Shown here: piece by piece, positions 12,763 to 26,832 of the stretch
Numbering within the stretch: position 1 is the first letter of the stretch
How the letters are laid out: the number at the start of each line of letters is the position of its first letter
DNA from: Macrostomum lignano
Lineage: Eukaryota
Reading direction: 5' to 3'
NCBI GenBank assembly: GCA_002269645.1
Contig: NIVC01002577.1
Location: forward strand, 502-64,501
Length of the DNA: 64,000 nucleotides
The notes under the pieces: model-generated
Database searches by the model: none
The model's input: the letters and a program-made list of their open reading frames with translations, nothing else
What the model was told of the DNA's origin: nothing
Position numbers and translations under genes: made by a program

Positions 12763-14104
12763 AGCCAAACGCACAAGAGCCTAGATCGCATCAAACGGCT
12801 GTCTCACTACTGTTAAATTGAATTCTCATAGCCATTTAGTGTCACTCATTGACCGCTATTATTGAGGAGTGGATTAATTAGCAAGCAGTACAACAGTGAT
12901 TAACCTAACTAGCAAATCAATTAACCAAAAAATCAAATTTTCTGACCTGTCAATCAAAATTAAGTCGAATCCATAGCGACCCCTATTTAGCTGGGGGATG
13001 AAAATCATTACCAGCAACAATAGCCGGGCTGCAATTAGCTCTTTTCCAGGAAAGTCAAAGACAATTAGTCCAGAATGGTCGGTCGCTACACTTTTCTTCG
13101 CGATAAACAGCAGCCTTGAGAGCCGTTGTCTGACCTGTCAAGAAAGTTTTTGGCAAATCTCCGGTTCTAATGACCCGGCGGTGCTGCTCCCCTGTCTGCT
13201 GCATTTTGTTGCGCACTTTAGAGAAAAATGGCAAAAGAAGACAGCAGCAGAAAACAGCCGACTGGACACCGAAAGAGGAATTGTTTCCTATGAAATTCCA
13301 CACTCAACTCTGTAAGGGTCCTAATCAGGCAAGAGTTTCGGGTATACAAAATTTTTCTCTGGCCCCAAGAGAAGCACTTTGGCCTCGCCTGTTGGTGGCT
13401 GCATTGGTGCACTAGAAACTCGAATCTCTGGCCCCTCCATCGCCTTCTGTTTAGGATTAGGAGGACCATGGATTCCTTGGCCCACTGTGTGTGAGGTGGG
13501 GGGGGGTGCTGATGGGGTAAACGGAAAACAGCGCATCCGCAAAAATCTTGGCTTGGCCAACACGACCCCAGTCCCAACCCACCGACCCGCTCTCTGATAA
13601 CCTCCTGTCAATCAGCATCACCTGTCAAAGCTGCGCTTCTGGGCACGGGAGGGTTGCATGTCGAGGACTAGTATAAGGGCTATGTTTGGGAGAATTTTCC
13701 CCCGCTATCGTGTCAGTGGCAGCGGGTGCAGAGTGAGAGATGCTTTCAGTCTTGGCTCCCTGTTCCCGGCAGTGCAGCGTGCTTGTGATTGATGGATTGG
13801 CCTAAGCATCTCCTGCTGATGGGTTGCATCACTCAGCTGAATAGGGGAGCGGCCTCAGCATCTCAGGGAGCCCCCGGTTCCACTGCAGCGATTCTCCACT
13901 TAACTCACTGGCTTGGCTGCTTCATGGCCCACCACTTTACTAAACTGACCTGGTGACAAGGACACTTTCAACTAGAATATGGAGTGGAAACTCTTTGCCA
14001 AATAGCTGATGTTCAGTTATTAAATGTATCTGTCTATGACAGTGCAGGTCTTTAAACATTTGCACCTCAAAGACTAGACGGACAATTCACCGTATGGCTG
14101 CGGG

Positions 14105-14335
14105 CCGGAGGAGGGGAGAGAGGAGAGGGAATAAAGAAGAGAGAAGAGAGATTGGAGATAGAAGATACGAGGGAATAAAGGAGAAGAGAGGAGACGAAAG
14201 GAAAGGAAAGATGAAAAGGGAGTGGAGAGAGGAGAGGAGGGAGATGCGAGAGAAGAGAGGAGAGAAGGGAGAGGAGAAGGGAGAGAATAGAGAGGAGAGA
14301 GGAGAGAAGAGAGAGGAGAGGAGAGAAATGAGAAA
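14105..14335 (+). repeat. GA-rich low-complexity tract
   Basis: Irregular GAGAG/GGAGA polypurine run. Confidence 0.85.
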
Positions 14336-14835
14336 TAGATGATTTTTTTGCGTTCTCAACTTAATATTGCTTAAGTGGGGGCCGAAGTCTGACTTGTGGG
14401 GGAGGAGTTTCTATTCCAGTTGCTGATTCAAGGAGTCCTTGACCGGGGCTGGCATCTCGCAGGCCGTTAAATCTCCCGCACGTCAGATTGGAGGCGGCAG
14501 GCTGGGCGCAGCTTGATGGATGAGATTGAAGTTCTCGGGCGCCCCGAAGCGCGCAAAATCGTGAATCTGGAGAGGGACTTGAAAGATAGAGTGAGAGAGG
14601 GGATTATCCTGTCATAAACTCCTCATCCCATCAATCAGGATTTCTATCTCGTCTACACTTGCGCCATTTCAATTTACGAGTCGATGTTAATTCAAAGTCC
14701 TGAGCTCGAATCCAAGGGAGAAAGAAGTTTTGGAAGCATCGCTCATCATTTTCGAAGGGGATAATACGCTCCTCTATCAGACATTTTGGAGAAAATGGGG
14801 TTGGGGAAAAAGTTTTTGGGGAAAAAATTTAGTGG

Positions 14836-15212
14836 TTGTAGAACTCAGGGGTGTAGAACTCAGGGGTGTAGAACTCAGGGGTGTAGAACTCAGGGGTGTA
14901 GAACTCAGGGGTTTAGAACTCAGGGGTGTAGAACTCAGGGGTGTAGAACTCAGGGGTGTAGAACTCAGGGGTTTAGAACTCAGGGGTTTAGAACTCAGGG
15001 GTGTAGAACTCAGGGGTGTAGAACTCAGGGGTGTAGAACTCAGGGGTGTAGAACTCAGGGTTGTAGAACTCAGGGGTTTAGAACTCAGGGTTGTAGAACT
15101 CAGGGGTTTAGAACTCAGGGGTGTAGAACTCAGGGGTTTAGAACTCAGGGTTGTAGAACTCAGGGGTGTAGAACTCAGGGGTTTAGAACTCAGGGGTGTA
15201 GAACTCAGGGGT
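14836..15212 (+). repeat. 15-bp minisatellite (TAGAACTCAGGGGTG)n
   Basis: About 25 direct units. Confidence 0.95.
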
Positions 15213-15619
15213 TGTAAAATTCAGGGGCTGTAATAGAATTCTTAAATTGTGAAGTCTTATTCAACATTTTAAAAAATTGATTCATTTTATTCGTTTAATT
15301 TTCTAAATTCACTACTGACTTCAATTAGTAAGTAGCACTTAATAGAATGGGGCACAATTAGTTACATTTTGAAAAAATCTGTCGCAAAAATTTACGAATT
15401 TGTGAACAGAGTTGCCGGAACACCTCAAGGTATTAAACAGAATGAGTGCAAACACAAACCCTTAGCTGCCTCAAACACAAAAACTGATTCAACAAGAGTT
15501 CGGTTATTTCCTATTTACTTTCTGAGCGGCTGTCTCCGGCTGACATATAAGACTGGCTGGTCCCGTCAGACCAAATCCGCTTGCAACTCCTTCACTGTCA
15601 GAGATACATGTAGAGCGAA

Positions 15620-18600
15620 ATGTTCAGTCTTTCGAACTGCCGTTTTGTGAAGCTTTTGCTGGCTGTCTTGGTAACAGGCTGGAGCAGTGAAACCGCCTTG
15701 GTTCGGGGCGATGAGGTAAGTGCATTGTTTCCATATGCAAAATAACCTATCCCACACAACCTATCCCACACAACCTATCCCACACAACCTATCCCACACA
15801 ACCTATCCCACACAACCTATCCCACACAACCTATCCCACACAACCTATCCCACACAACCTATCCCACACAACCTATCCCACACAACCTATCCCACACAAC
15901 CTATCCCACACAACCTATCCCACACAACCTATCCCACACAACCTATCCCACACAACCTATCCCACACAACCTATCCCACACAACCTATCCCACACAACCT
16001 ATCCCACACAACCTATCCCACACAACCTATCCCACACAACCTATCCCACACAACCTATCCCACACAACCTATCCCACACAACCTATCCCACACAACCTAT
16101 CCCACACAACCTATCCCACACAACCTATCCCACACAACCTATCCCACACAACCTATCCCACACAACCTATCCCACACAACCTATCCCACACAACCTATCC
16201 CACACAACCTATCCCACACAACCTATCCCACACTCACTATCCCACACCCACTATCCCACACCCAATATCCCACACCCAATATCCCAAACCCAATATCCCA
16301 CACCCAATATCCCACACCCAATATCCCACACCCAATATCCCAAACCCATCGTTTCCAGCATATTTGGGTGGCACAAATAGACGGAGGCAGCCCAGTGGCT
16401 CAGTGGGTGGCGGACTCGCTCGGTTTAATTAACGAAGGAAAGGTGAGTCATTGATAACAAATCTGAGACACCTGACCGATAGAAAAATCTAATCGTTTAT
16501 CGAGTTCTCCTACCCACTTAAATGCAATTATGCAGATCCCCTACCTGAGGAACAAATTTATTTTCCGCTTGTCCGAGTCCGGCAACCAAAGCGTTGGGAG
16601 AAATTTCCTGCTGGCTCCGCTGCAGCTCAGGATTAACCGCAGCCTGCACACGCATCCGGATGTTGCTTGGGTCTCCTACCAGTCTGCTACTAAAAGGACT
16701 AAGAGAGACTTGCTGAAGCTGAGCGAGGTGAGGTCAGCTGATATGAGATGAGGGAAATCCGAAAAGTTCTGAAACCCACACGCAGGACCTTTAAAAATGC
16801 AGCAATTTAATCATGTTTTGATAATCATAACACCTTTTCGAGATGCCATTTCAATGACGCCATTCCAATAACACCATTTTAATGACTACATTCCAATGAC
16901 CCCATTCCAATGACCACATTTCCATGACCCCATTTCAATGACCCCATTCCAATGACGACATTTCTATGACCCCATTTCAATGACCCCATTCCAATGACCA
17001 CATTTCTATGACCCCATTTGAATGACCCCCTTCCAATGACCACATTTCTATGACCCCATTTGAATGACCCCATTCCAATGACCACATTTCTATGACCCCA
17101 TTTGAATGACCCCCTTCCAATGACCACATTTCTATGACCCCATTTGAATGACCCCATTCCAATGATCCCATTCCAATGATCCCATTCCAATGACCCCATT
17201 CCAATAACCCCATTTTTATGACCCCATTCCAATGACGACATTTCTATGACCCCATTCCAATGACCACATTTCCATGACCCCATTTCAATGACCCCATTCC
17301 AATGACGACATTTCTATGACCCCATTTCAATGACCCCATTCCAATGACCACATTTCTATGACCCCATTTGAATGACCCCCTTCCAATGACCACATTTCTA
17401 TGACCCCATTTGAATGACCCCATTCCAATGACCACATTTCTATGACCCCATTTGAATGACCCCCTTCCAATGACCACATTTCTATGACCCCATTTGAATG
17501 ACCCCATTCCAATGATCCCATTCCAATGATCCCATTCCAATGACCCCATTCCAATGACCCCATTCCAACGACCCCATTCCAATGATCCCATTCCAATGAT
17601 CCCATTCCAATGATCCCATTCCAATGACCCCATTCCAATGACCCCATTCCAATGACCCCATTCCAATGACCCCATTCCAATGATCCCATTCCAATGACCC
17701 CATTCCAATCGACCCCAAAATCAATCGGTAGAGAAAGCGCCTCTCCCGGTATCCTGATCCTCCTATCCCAATCCGCCGCCAGATCCCAGGCCGGGACCAG
17801 AGCCCGCCAGACTGGCAATACCCCGGCGTCCGAACCGGTTCAAGCCGGTTCTCCTCGGCTCGATTCTCAACCGGCCAGAACCGGCCAGAGTCGCCGGATG
17901 GCGAGCCGTTTATCGACCCGTTCTGGCCGCGGCAGTGGTACCTGCACGACGCCAGGAGCAGCAGGCGGGAGCCCCGCCTCGACCTCATGGGCGTGGCTAC
18001 CGTCTGGTCGTGGAATTTCACCGGCCAAGGCGTCACGGTCGCCGTGATTGACGACGGAGTTGAGAGCGATCACCCCGACCTGGTGCGCGCCTTTGATCCT
18101 GAGATCAGCTACGATTATGCGAGAGGCATCAGAGAGCCCAGGCCGGTGTACTTTAACTACAGAGAGCAGCTGTGAGTGCCCCGAGAATAATTGCCACCCT
18201 GGCGCAACGCCTTCGGTGACCTCATCCTGCAACCAACGCTGAGGCATTGTTGCCCATTCCGCAGACTCCCCTGAGCAGGCATACAAGCGCGTGGATACGT
18301 ACGCAGTCACACGCACAGGCACACACTCACACAGGAGTGTACAGCGGTCCTAACTTTATTTATCGTTAGGCATGTACACTTCACTGTGCCTTGGGGGTTG
18401 GCCTTGATGGCTGTGAATGGCACTGAGCTGCTGTGCCCTCCAGCAATAATTTAGTACATCCCAGAATCATGTACTCCCTAGAATGCACTTCTAGCAGTCA
18501 CTATCTTTTACCCGCAGAGAGGACGGCAGAACCGGGACCTGGTGAGTGACAGGTGCAATGAGGTTTTATAGACTAATTCATGAAATAAACTTACAACATA

Positions 18601-21600
18601 GCGGGGCTCCAACATTAAATATATGATGCCATAGCAACCACCGCACATACACTAACAGTCCCATAGCAACCACTGCATATACATAGCAATTACGACACAC
18701 ACACAGCAGCGATACCATAGCAACCACAGTGCATAATAGACTTAAGAACGCCATCAACAACCTGCAGGCACGGCACCCGCTGCTCCGGCGTCATAGCCAT
18801 GACGGCCAACAACTCCTTCTGCGGGGTCGGCATCGCCTTCAATGCCCGCATCAGCGGGGTGAAAATTCTCGAGAACGACGCCAGCGACCTGCGCGAGGCG
18901 CGGGGCCTCACCCACGCGCTGCCAAGAGTGCACGTGTACTCGTCCAGCTGGGGACCCAGCGACGACGGCGCCACCATGGAAGCGCCGGGCGATCTGGCGC
19001 GGGAGGCGCTGAAAATTGGCGCCGAACAGGGGCGCGGAGGCCTCGGCGCCATCTACGTGTGGGCGTCGGGCAACGGCGGCGGCAACGGCGACAACTGCAA
19101 CTGCGACGGCTACTCGGCCTCGATGTACACCCTGACGGTCAGCAGCGTCAGTCAGAGCCTGGAGTCGCCCTGGTACGCCGAGGACTGCTCGGCGTCGATG
19201 ACGGCGGCCTACTCGAGCGGCGAGGACGGCCAGCAGCAGGTGGTCACCACCGACCTGCGGCACCAGTGCGCAGCCGACTTCAGCGGCACCTCGGCTGCGG
19301 CACCGATGGTGTCAGCCATGGCCGCGCTGGCGCTCGAGGCCAAGTGAGGCTAGAGGCAGGGGGTACCCAAACCCATCCCATACCAAAACCTATCCAATAC
19401 CCAAACCCAACCCATACCAAACCCATCCCATACCCAAACCCATCCCACACTGAAAACCCATCCCACACTGAAAACCCATCCCATACCCAAACCCATCCCA
19501 TACCCAAACGCATCCCATACCCAAACCCATACCATACCCAAACCCATCCCATACCCAAACCCATCCCATACCCAAACCCATACCATACCCAAACGCATCC
19601 CATACCCAAACCCATACCATACCCAAACCCATCCCATACCCAAACCCATCCCATACCCAAACCCATACCATACCCAAACCCATACCATACCCAAACGCAT
19701 CCCATACCCAAACCCATACCATACCCAAACCCATCCCATACCCAAACCCATCCCATACCCAAACCCATACCATACCCAAACCCATACCATACCCAAACCC
19801 AACCCATACCAAACCCATCCCATACCCAAACCCATCCGACACTGAAAACCCATCCCACACTGAAAACCCATCACACACTGAAAACCCATCCCACACTGAA
19901 AACCCATCACACACTGAAAACCCATCCCACACTGAAAACCCATCACACACTGAAAACCCATCCCACACTGAAAACCCATCACACACTGAAAACCCATCCC
20001 ACACTGAAAACCCATCCCACACTTATAATCCATCCCAAAGGGATAACCCATCACACACTGAAAACCCATCCCACACTGAAAACCTATCCCACACTGAAAA
20101 CCCATCCCACACTGAAAACCCATCCCACACTGAAAACCCATCCCACACTGAAAACCCATCACACACTGAAAACCCATCCCACACTGAAAACCCATCCCAC
20201 ACTGATAATCCATCCCAAAGGGATAACCCATCCCACATGATCCCCAATTCTCCCACCGTCAAGTCCGAATTTGACCTGGCGCGATTTTCAACACGCCGTC
20301 GTGTGGACGTCGCAGTCGGCACCTCTTCGCCGACGCAGCGTCGCCGGCTGGCGTCGGAACGCAGCCGGGCACCGCTATCATCACCGGTTCGGCTTCGGGA
20401 TATTCAACGTGGCGGCGGTGATCCGGCTGACCGAACCGGCGGCTTGGCGCCGGGTGCCCGACGCTTCCACCGTGGAACTGGACGACTGGAACTGTGGCGG
20501 AGGATGGTGAGAGCGGCATTCTGATTGTAGCCCACGGTCCCATAGCAACCGTAACAAGGCAGTGTTCCATAGCAATCATATACATGATGCCATAGCAACC
20601 ACGGCAACGATAGAAACTATAGCAATCCAGTGGTTTCCATAGCAACAAAGACACCATCCAACCAACGATCCCATAGCAACAATCACAAAAAGCGATGCCA
20701 TAGCAACCATCACAAAAAGCGATGCCATAGCAACCATCACACCAACGATCCCATAGCAACCATCACAAAAAGCGATGCCATAGCAACCATCAAAAAAACG
20801 ATCCCATAGCAACCATCACAAAAAGCGATGCCATAGCAACCATCAAAAAAACGATCCCATAGCAACCATGACAAAACCGCTCCTATAGCAACCATCATAA
20901 AAACAATCCCATAGCAAGCATCACAAAAACAATCCCATAGCAACCAACACAAAAACGATCCTGTAACAAGCTCTTAGCATCTGCAAGGGATACATGAATT
21001 TATACTCATATGTCTCCAGGCAGATCAGCCAGTCAGAGTCGTTGCACTGCACACTGTATGTTAGCGAGAGTCAGACAGCTTCGGTGAAGTACCTGGAGCA
21101 TGTACAGCTGAGAGTCGACTTGCGCTACTCAGAGCGCGGGGCGCTGGCCATCCACCTGACATCAGGAGCCGGTGAGCATAGTAGAGTACGAGCAGCTGCA
21201 CCAGACTCCCGTCTGTCTGAGCACGGTTGTTGTGCCTGTATATTCTCCTAACCTGAGATCAAGAGCCTCAGATCCAGCCCATCACCCCTTCGCTAACCCT
21301 AGGCTTAACACGAAAATCACAAAAATGGCACGTTTATTTTATCATTCTACATGTACAGTAGAATCTTTCCAACCAAAAAGCTTTATGAATATCAATAGAG
21401 CTATAAGAGAGGCACAACATATCAAAAGATGAACACTGGGTCTGCCTGCTATCAAAAGCAATAACAATTTCTGGGCTGAAAAAATGAAAGCCTCCTATCT
21501 TTGTAATGTATTTTTTCGGTAAAACCTACCTCCTGAAATTTTCTCAGAAACGTAATCTCCTGTCCTTCTTATTGAGTAGTCCATGGTTCCTGTGCTCCCG

Positions 21601-23291
21601 TTCCCCCTCTACTCTATAGCAAAATTGCCTTCTCAAGCTGACACCTCTCATTATCAAAAAAACTTTATCTCCACCATCTAGTTCAATTCCTTCGTCCCCT
21701 GGTGAAAATAATCTCCCCCCCCACCGGTAGCGTGTGGTGATATCCTACAGTAAACTCCTGCATCCTACAGTAGAATCCTGCATCCTACAGTAAAATCCTG
21801 CATCCTACAGTAGAATCCTGCATCCTACAGTAAAATCCTGCATCCTACAGTAAACTCCTGCATCCTACATTAAAATCCTGCATCCTACAGTAGAATCCTG
21901 CATCCTACAGTAAACTCCTGCATCCTACAGTAAACTCCTGCATCCTACAGTAAACTCCTGCATCCTACAGTAAACTCCTGCATCCTACAGTAAACTCCTG
22001 CATCCTACAGTAAACTCCTGCATCCTACAGTAGAATCCTGCATCCTACAGTAAACTCCTGCATCCTACAGTAAACTCCTGCATCCTACAGTAAACTCCTG
22101 CATCCTACAGTAGAATCCTGCATCCTACAGTAGAATCCTGCATCCTACAGTAAACTCCTGCATCCTACAGTAAAATCATGCATCCTACAGTAAACTCCTG
22201 CATCCTACAGTAAACTCCTGCATCCTACAGTAAACTCCTGCATCCTACAGTAAACTCCTGCATCCTACAGTAGAATCCTGCATCCTACAGTAAACTCCTG
22301 CATCCTACAGTAAACTCCTGCATCCTACAGTAAACTCCTGCATCCTACAGTAAACTCCTGCATCCTACAGTAAAATCCTGCATCCTACAGTAAACTCCTG
22401 CATCCTACAGTAAACTCCTGCATCCTACAGTAAACTCCTGCATCCTACAGTAGAATCCTGCATCCTACAGTAAAATCCTGCATCCTACAGTAAAATCCTG
22501 CATCCTACAGTAGAATCCTGCATCCTACAGTAAACTCCTGCATCCTACAGTAGAATCCTGCATCCTACAGTAAAATCCTGCATCCTACAGTAGAATCCTG
22601 CATCCTACAGTAAAATCCTGCATCCTACAGTAAAATCCTGCATCCTACAGTAAAATCCTGCATCCTACAGTAAAATCCTGCATCCTACAGTAGAATCCTG
22701 CATCCTACAGTAAAATCCTGCATCCTACAGTAAACTCCTGCATCCTACAGTAAACTCCTGCATCCTACAGTAAACTCCTGCATCCTACAGTAGAATCCTG
22801 CATCCTACAGTAAAATCCTGCATCCTACAGTAGAATCCTGCATCCTACAGTAAACTCCTGCATCCTACAGTAAACTCCTGCATCCTACAGTAGAATCCTG
22901 CATCCTACAGTAAACTCCTGCATCCTACACCCTGCATATCAACCGTAATCCGCTCACTCGCAGGCTCGGGAAGCCAACTGTTAACGCCGCGCCGCAAAGA
23001 CAGATCCAGCGATGGCATCAGAAACTGGGAATTTCTCACCGTTCACTTTTGGGGAGAAAATCCCGCTGGGAAGTGGCGGCTAGTGATTGAAGACCAGGTA
23101 GGCATGAGACCCATCTCTCAGCAGTTCGATCCCGCAATAGCAATATCGTCATCAAATCGATTTCATTCCAGTCGTCCAGCAGGGCCGGTCGCCCGAGATT
23201 CGGCTCCGTACAGTCGCTCAGGCTGCGGCTGCGAGGCACGGCTGCCTTGCCGCCCCATCGGGCCAGCGCTGACAGGCGGGATGGAGACTGA
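15620..23291 (+). CDS. Subtilisin-like proprotein convertase (furin/PCSK family), 686 aa, no transmembrane tail
   Basis: Exons 15620-15715, 16359-16442, 16536-16727, 17732-18171, 18518-18541, 18768-19343, 20264-20506, 21020-21171, 22964-23097 and 23172-23291 sum to 2061 nt in frame. Signal peptide MFSLSNCRFVKLLLAVLVTG. Prodomain ends KRTKR. Catalytic motifs: VAVIDDGV, HGTRCSG, WASGNGG, FSGTSAAAP. P-domain: YLEHVQLRV..RGALAIHLTS..WEFLTVHFWGENPAGKWRLVI. Confidence 0.93.
15744..16345 (+). repeat. 14-bp minisatellite (ACCTATCCCACACA)n in convertase intron 1
   Basis: Direct tandem units. Confidence 0.95.
16845..17709 (+). repeat. 14-bp-based minisatellite (AATGACCCCATTCC)n in convertase intron 3
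   Basis: Direct tandem units with higher-order variants. Confidence 0.95.
18190..18430 (-). mobile_element. Partial copy (body and 3' part) of tRNA-derived SINE family A
   Basis: Shares ACGTACGCAGT..ACGCACAGGCACACACTCACACAGG.GTGTACAGCG..CCTAACTTTATTTATCG with 28455-28655 and (reverse complement) 46079-46440. Confidence 0.75.
19366..20236 (+). repeat. Compound minisatellite (CCCATACCCAAAC / ACACTGAAAACCCATCCC) in convertase intron 6
   Basis: Direct tandem units fill nearly the whole intron. Confidence 0.95.
20538..20950 (+). repeat. Degenerate CCATAGCAACCATC-based minisatellite in convertase intron 7
   Basis: Recurrent CCATAGCAAC units with variable A-rich spacers. Related units also occur at about 18620-18730. 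Confidence 0.85.
21742..22930 (+). repeat. 20-bp minisatellite (CTGCATCCTACAGTAAACTC)n in convertase intron 8
   Basis: About 59 near-perfect units. Confidence 0.98.
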
Positions 23292-23337
23292 CTGACGGCC
23301 CGTGACGGCAGCTTGCTTGTCTCTCCTTTCCTCTGCT

Positions 23338-23562
23338 CTCCTGTCCTGTCCTGTCCTGTCCTGTCCTGTCCTGTCCTGTCCTGTCCTGTCCTGTCCTGTC
23401 CTGTCCTGTCCTGTCCTGTCCTGTCCTGTCCTGTCCTGTCCTGTCCTGTCCTGTCCTGTCCTGTCCTGTCCTGTCCTGTCCTGTCCTGTCCTGTCCTGTC
23501 CTGTCCTGTCCTGTCCTGTCCTGTCCTGTCCTGTCCTGTCCTGTCCTCTCCTCTCCTCTCCT
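23338..23562 (+). repeat. (CTGTC)n pentanucleotide microsatellite
   Basis: Direct reading. Confidence 0.98.
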
Positions 23563-24159
23563 CTCATCTCCACCCCATTCTTTTCCTCTGCTCTCCTTTG
23601 GACCGTTCTTTCCTAATATCTCTCTATAGTACACTTACCCCCTTAGCTATTCAGCTGTGAAGTCTTCAGCCTCTTAATACACATTTGGTGGTAGCCTCTC
23701 CTGCTTGCATAAAATCAAGCATTAAATACCGGAGTAATACGTTGTTCTGCAATTCTCGACTGCCTCAGGTTTATTCTAGAGGTTTACTTAGCAGCCACCC
23801 ATTAGATGCTAGCCAGAGTTCATGCAGCTGTGAATGCAGAAACTGATGTGCAAATATGGGATATGCCTGCACCTCCGCTGCACTATAAGCACGCGCTTCT
23901 CTCGGCACTTAGAAGCCATCAGACACTGCACTGCAGAAATCAAGACATCGAGCTATCAACTACCGAAGCCGCAGCTAAAATAATAACATGTATCTGCTGA
24001 TAAACTTTGAAACTTTGAACTTAGAAAAATGTGTAAGAAATTTTTGTAATGACATTCTTAACAAAATTTACGGTTGCTATTGTTTCAACTAACTGAAAAT
24101 TATTGCGTGTCCTAGCAAAAGGAATCAAAAGGAAATGGCCGGAGACGCAGAGAACCGAG

Positions 24160-25280
24160 AGTGACACAACGACAATCGAGAGTGACACAACGACAATCGA
24201 GAGGGAGGCAAATAAAATCGAGAGTGACACAAATAGAATCGCGGGTGACACAAAAAAGAATCGAGACACAAGAATTGTGACACAACGAGAATCGAGAGGG
24301 ACACGGAGAGAATCGGGAGTGACACAAAGAGAATCGAAAGTGACAACGAGAATCCAGAGTGACAAAAATAGATTCGGGAGTGACACAAATAGAATCCAGA
24401 GTGATACAAATAGAATCCAGAGTGACACAACTAGAATCCAGAGTGACACAAATAGAATCCAGAGTGACAAAAATAGATTCGGGAGTGACACAAATAGAAT
24501 CCAGAGTGATACAAATAGAATCCAGAGTGACACAACTAGAATCCAGAGTGACACAAGTAGAATCCAGAGTGACAAAAATAGATTCGGGAGTGACACAAAT
24601 AGAATCAAGAGTGACACAAATAGAATCCAGAGTGACACAAATAGAATCCAGAGTGACACAAATAGAATCCAGAGTGACAAAAATAGAATCCAGAGTGACA
24701 AAAATAGATTCGGGAGTGACACAAATAGAATCCAGAGTGATACAAATAGAATCCAGAGTGACACAACTAGAATCCAGAGTGACACAAATAGAATCCAGAG
24801 TGACAAAAATAGATTCGGGAGTGACACAAATAGAATCCAGAGTGATACAAATAGAATCCAGAGTGACACAACTAGAATCCAGAGTGACACAAGTAGAATC
24901 CAGAGTGACAAAAATAGATTCGGGAGTGACACAAATAGAATCAAGAGTGACACAAATAGAATCCAGAGTGATACAAATAGAATCCAGAGTGATACAAATA
25001 GAATCCAGAGTGATACAAATAGAATCCAGAGTGATACAAATAGAATCCAGAGTGATAAAAATAGAATCCAGAGTGATACAAATAGAATCCAGAGTGATAC
25101 AAATAGAATCCAGAGTGATACAAATAGAATCCAGAGTGATACAAATAGAATCCAGAGTGATACAAATAGAATCCAAAGTGACACAAAGAGAATTGGGAAT
25201 GACACAAAGAGAATTGGGAGTGACACAAAGAGAATCGGGAGTGACACAAAGAGAATTGGGAGTGACACAGAGAGAATCAA
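24160..25280 (+). repeat. 21-bp minisatellite (AGAATCCAGAGTGACACAAAT)n with higher-order structure
   Basis: Direct units. A block of 5-6 variant units recurs. Confidence 0.95.
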
Positions 25281-25626
25281 AAGTGGCGCATTCAAACTAT
25301 CAGAGATTGAAGCGAGTGGCTAAGAGAGCAATTGCTGCCCAGAAATTGCAATCAGATAGACTCAGCTGTCACAAACAGCGCCCAAATAATCTCCCTTCTT
25401 GTCCTCACGCCATCCTCCCTCTTTGCCTCAGCACGAGCTCCACAGTTTGTTCCAACGGACGCCGGAACTTCTGCACTTAGATGGCCATTTCCTTTCCCTT
25501 TGTGTTCTCAGGCTCAGGAACAGCTTAGCAACTCCAATATAAGCATCGGGTTATGGCACTCGTATTGCCCTTTCCCGCTGTAAAAAAGCAGCAAGCAATA
25601 AATATACAATGAACAGGATGGATGCA

Positions 25627-26832
25627 GCATCTCTCTGATTCCCCTCACATCTCTCTGATTCCCCTCACATCTCTCTGATTCCCCTCACATCTCTCTGATT
25701 CCCCTTACATCTCTCTGATTCCCTCACATCTCTCTGATTCCCCTCACATCTCTCTGATTCCCCCACATCTCTCTGATTCCCCTCACATCTGTCTGATTCC
25801 CCTCACAGCTGTTTCAGATTCCCCTCACAACTGTCTGATTCCCCTCACATCTGTCTGATTCCCCTCACATCTGTCTGATTCCCCTCACAACTGTCTGATT
25901 CCCCTCACATCTCTCTGATTCCCCTCACACCTGTTTCTGATTCCCCTCACATCTCTATGATTCCCCTCACATCTTTTTCTAATTCCTCTCAAATTTCTGA
26001 TTCCCCTCACATCTGTCTGATTCCCCTCACATCTCTCTGATTCCCCTCACATCTCTCTGATTCCCTCACATCTCTCTGATTCCCCTCACATCTCTCTGAT
26101 TCCCCTTACATCTCTCTGATTCCCCTCACATCTCTCTGATTCCCCTCACATCTCTCTGATTCTCCTTACATCTCTTTGATTCCCCTTACATCTCTCTGAT
26201 TCCCCTCACATCTCTCTGATTCCGCTCACATCTCTCTGATTCCGCTCACATCTCTCTGATTCTCCTTACATCTCTCTGATTCCCCTCACATCTCTCTGAT
26301 TCCCCTCACATCTCTCTGATTCCCCTCACATCTCTCTGATTCCCCTCACATCTCTCTGATTCCCCTCACATCTCTCTGATTCCCCTCACATCTCTCTGAT
26401 TCCCCTCACATCTCTCTGATTCCCCTCACATCTCTCTGATTCCCCTCACATCTCTCTGATTCCCCTCACATCTCTCTGATTCCCCTCACATCTCTCTGAT
26501 TCCCTCACATCTCTCTGATTCCCCTCACATCTCTCTGATTCCCCTCACATCTCTCTGATTCCCCTCACATCTCTCTGATTCCCCTCACATCTCTCTGATT
26601 CCCCTCACATCTCTCTGATTCCCCTCACATCTCTCTGATTCCCCTCACATCTCTCTGATTCCCCTCACATCTCTCTGATTCCCCTCACATCTCTCTGATT
26701 CCCTCACATCTCTCTGATTCCCCTCACATCTCTCTGATTCCCCTCACATCTCTCTGATTCCCCTCACATCTCTCTGATTCCCCTCACATCTCTCTGATTC
26801 CCCTCACATCTCTCTGATTCCCCTCACATCTC
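25627..26832 (+). repeat. 20-bp minisatellite (CATCTCTCTGATTCCCCTCA)n
   Basis: About 60 units. Confidence 0.98.
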
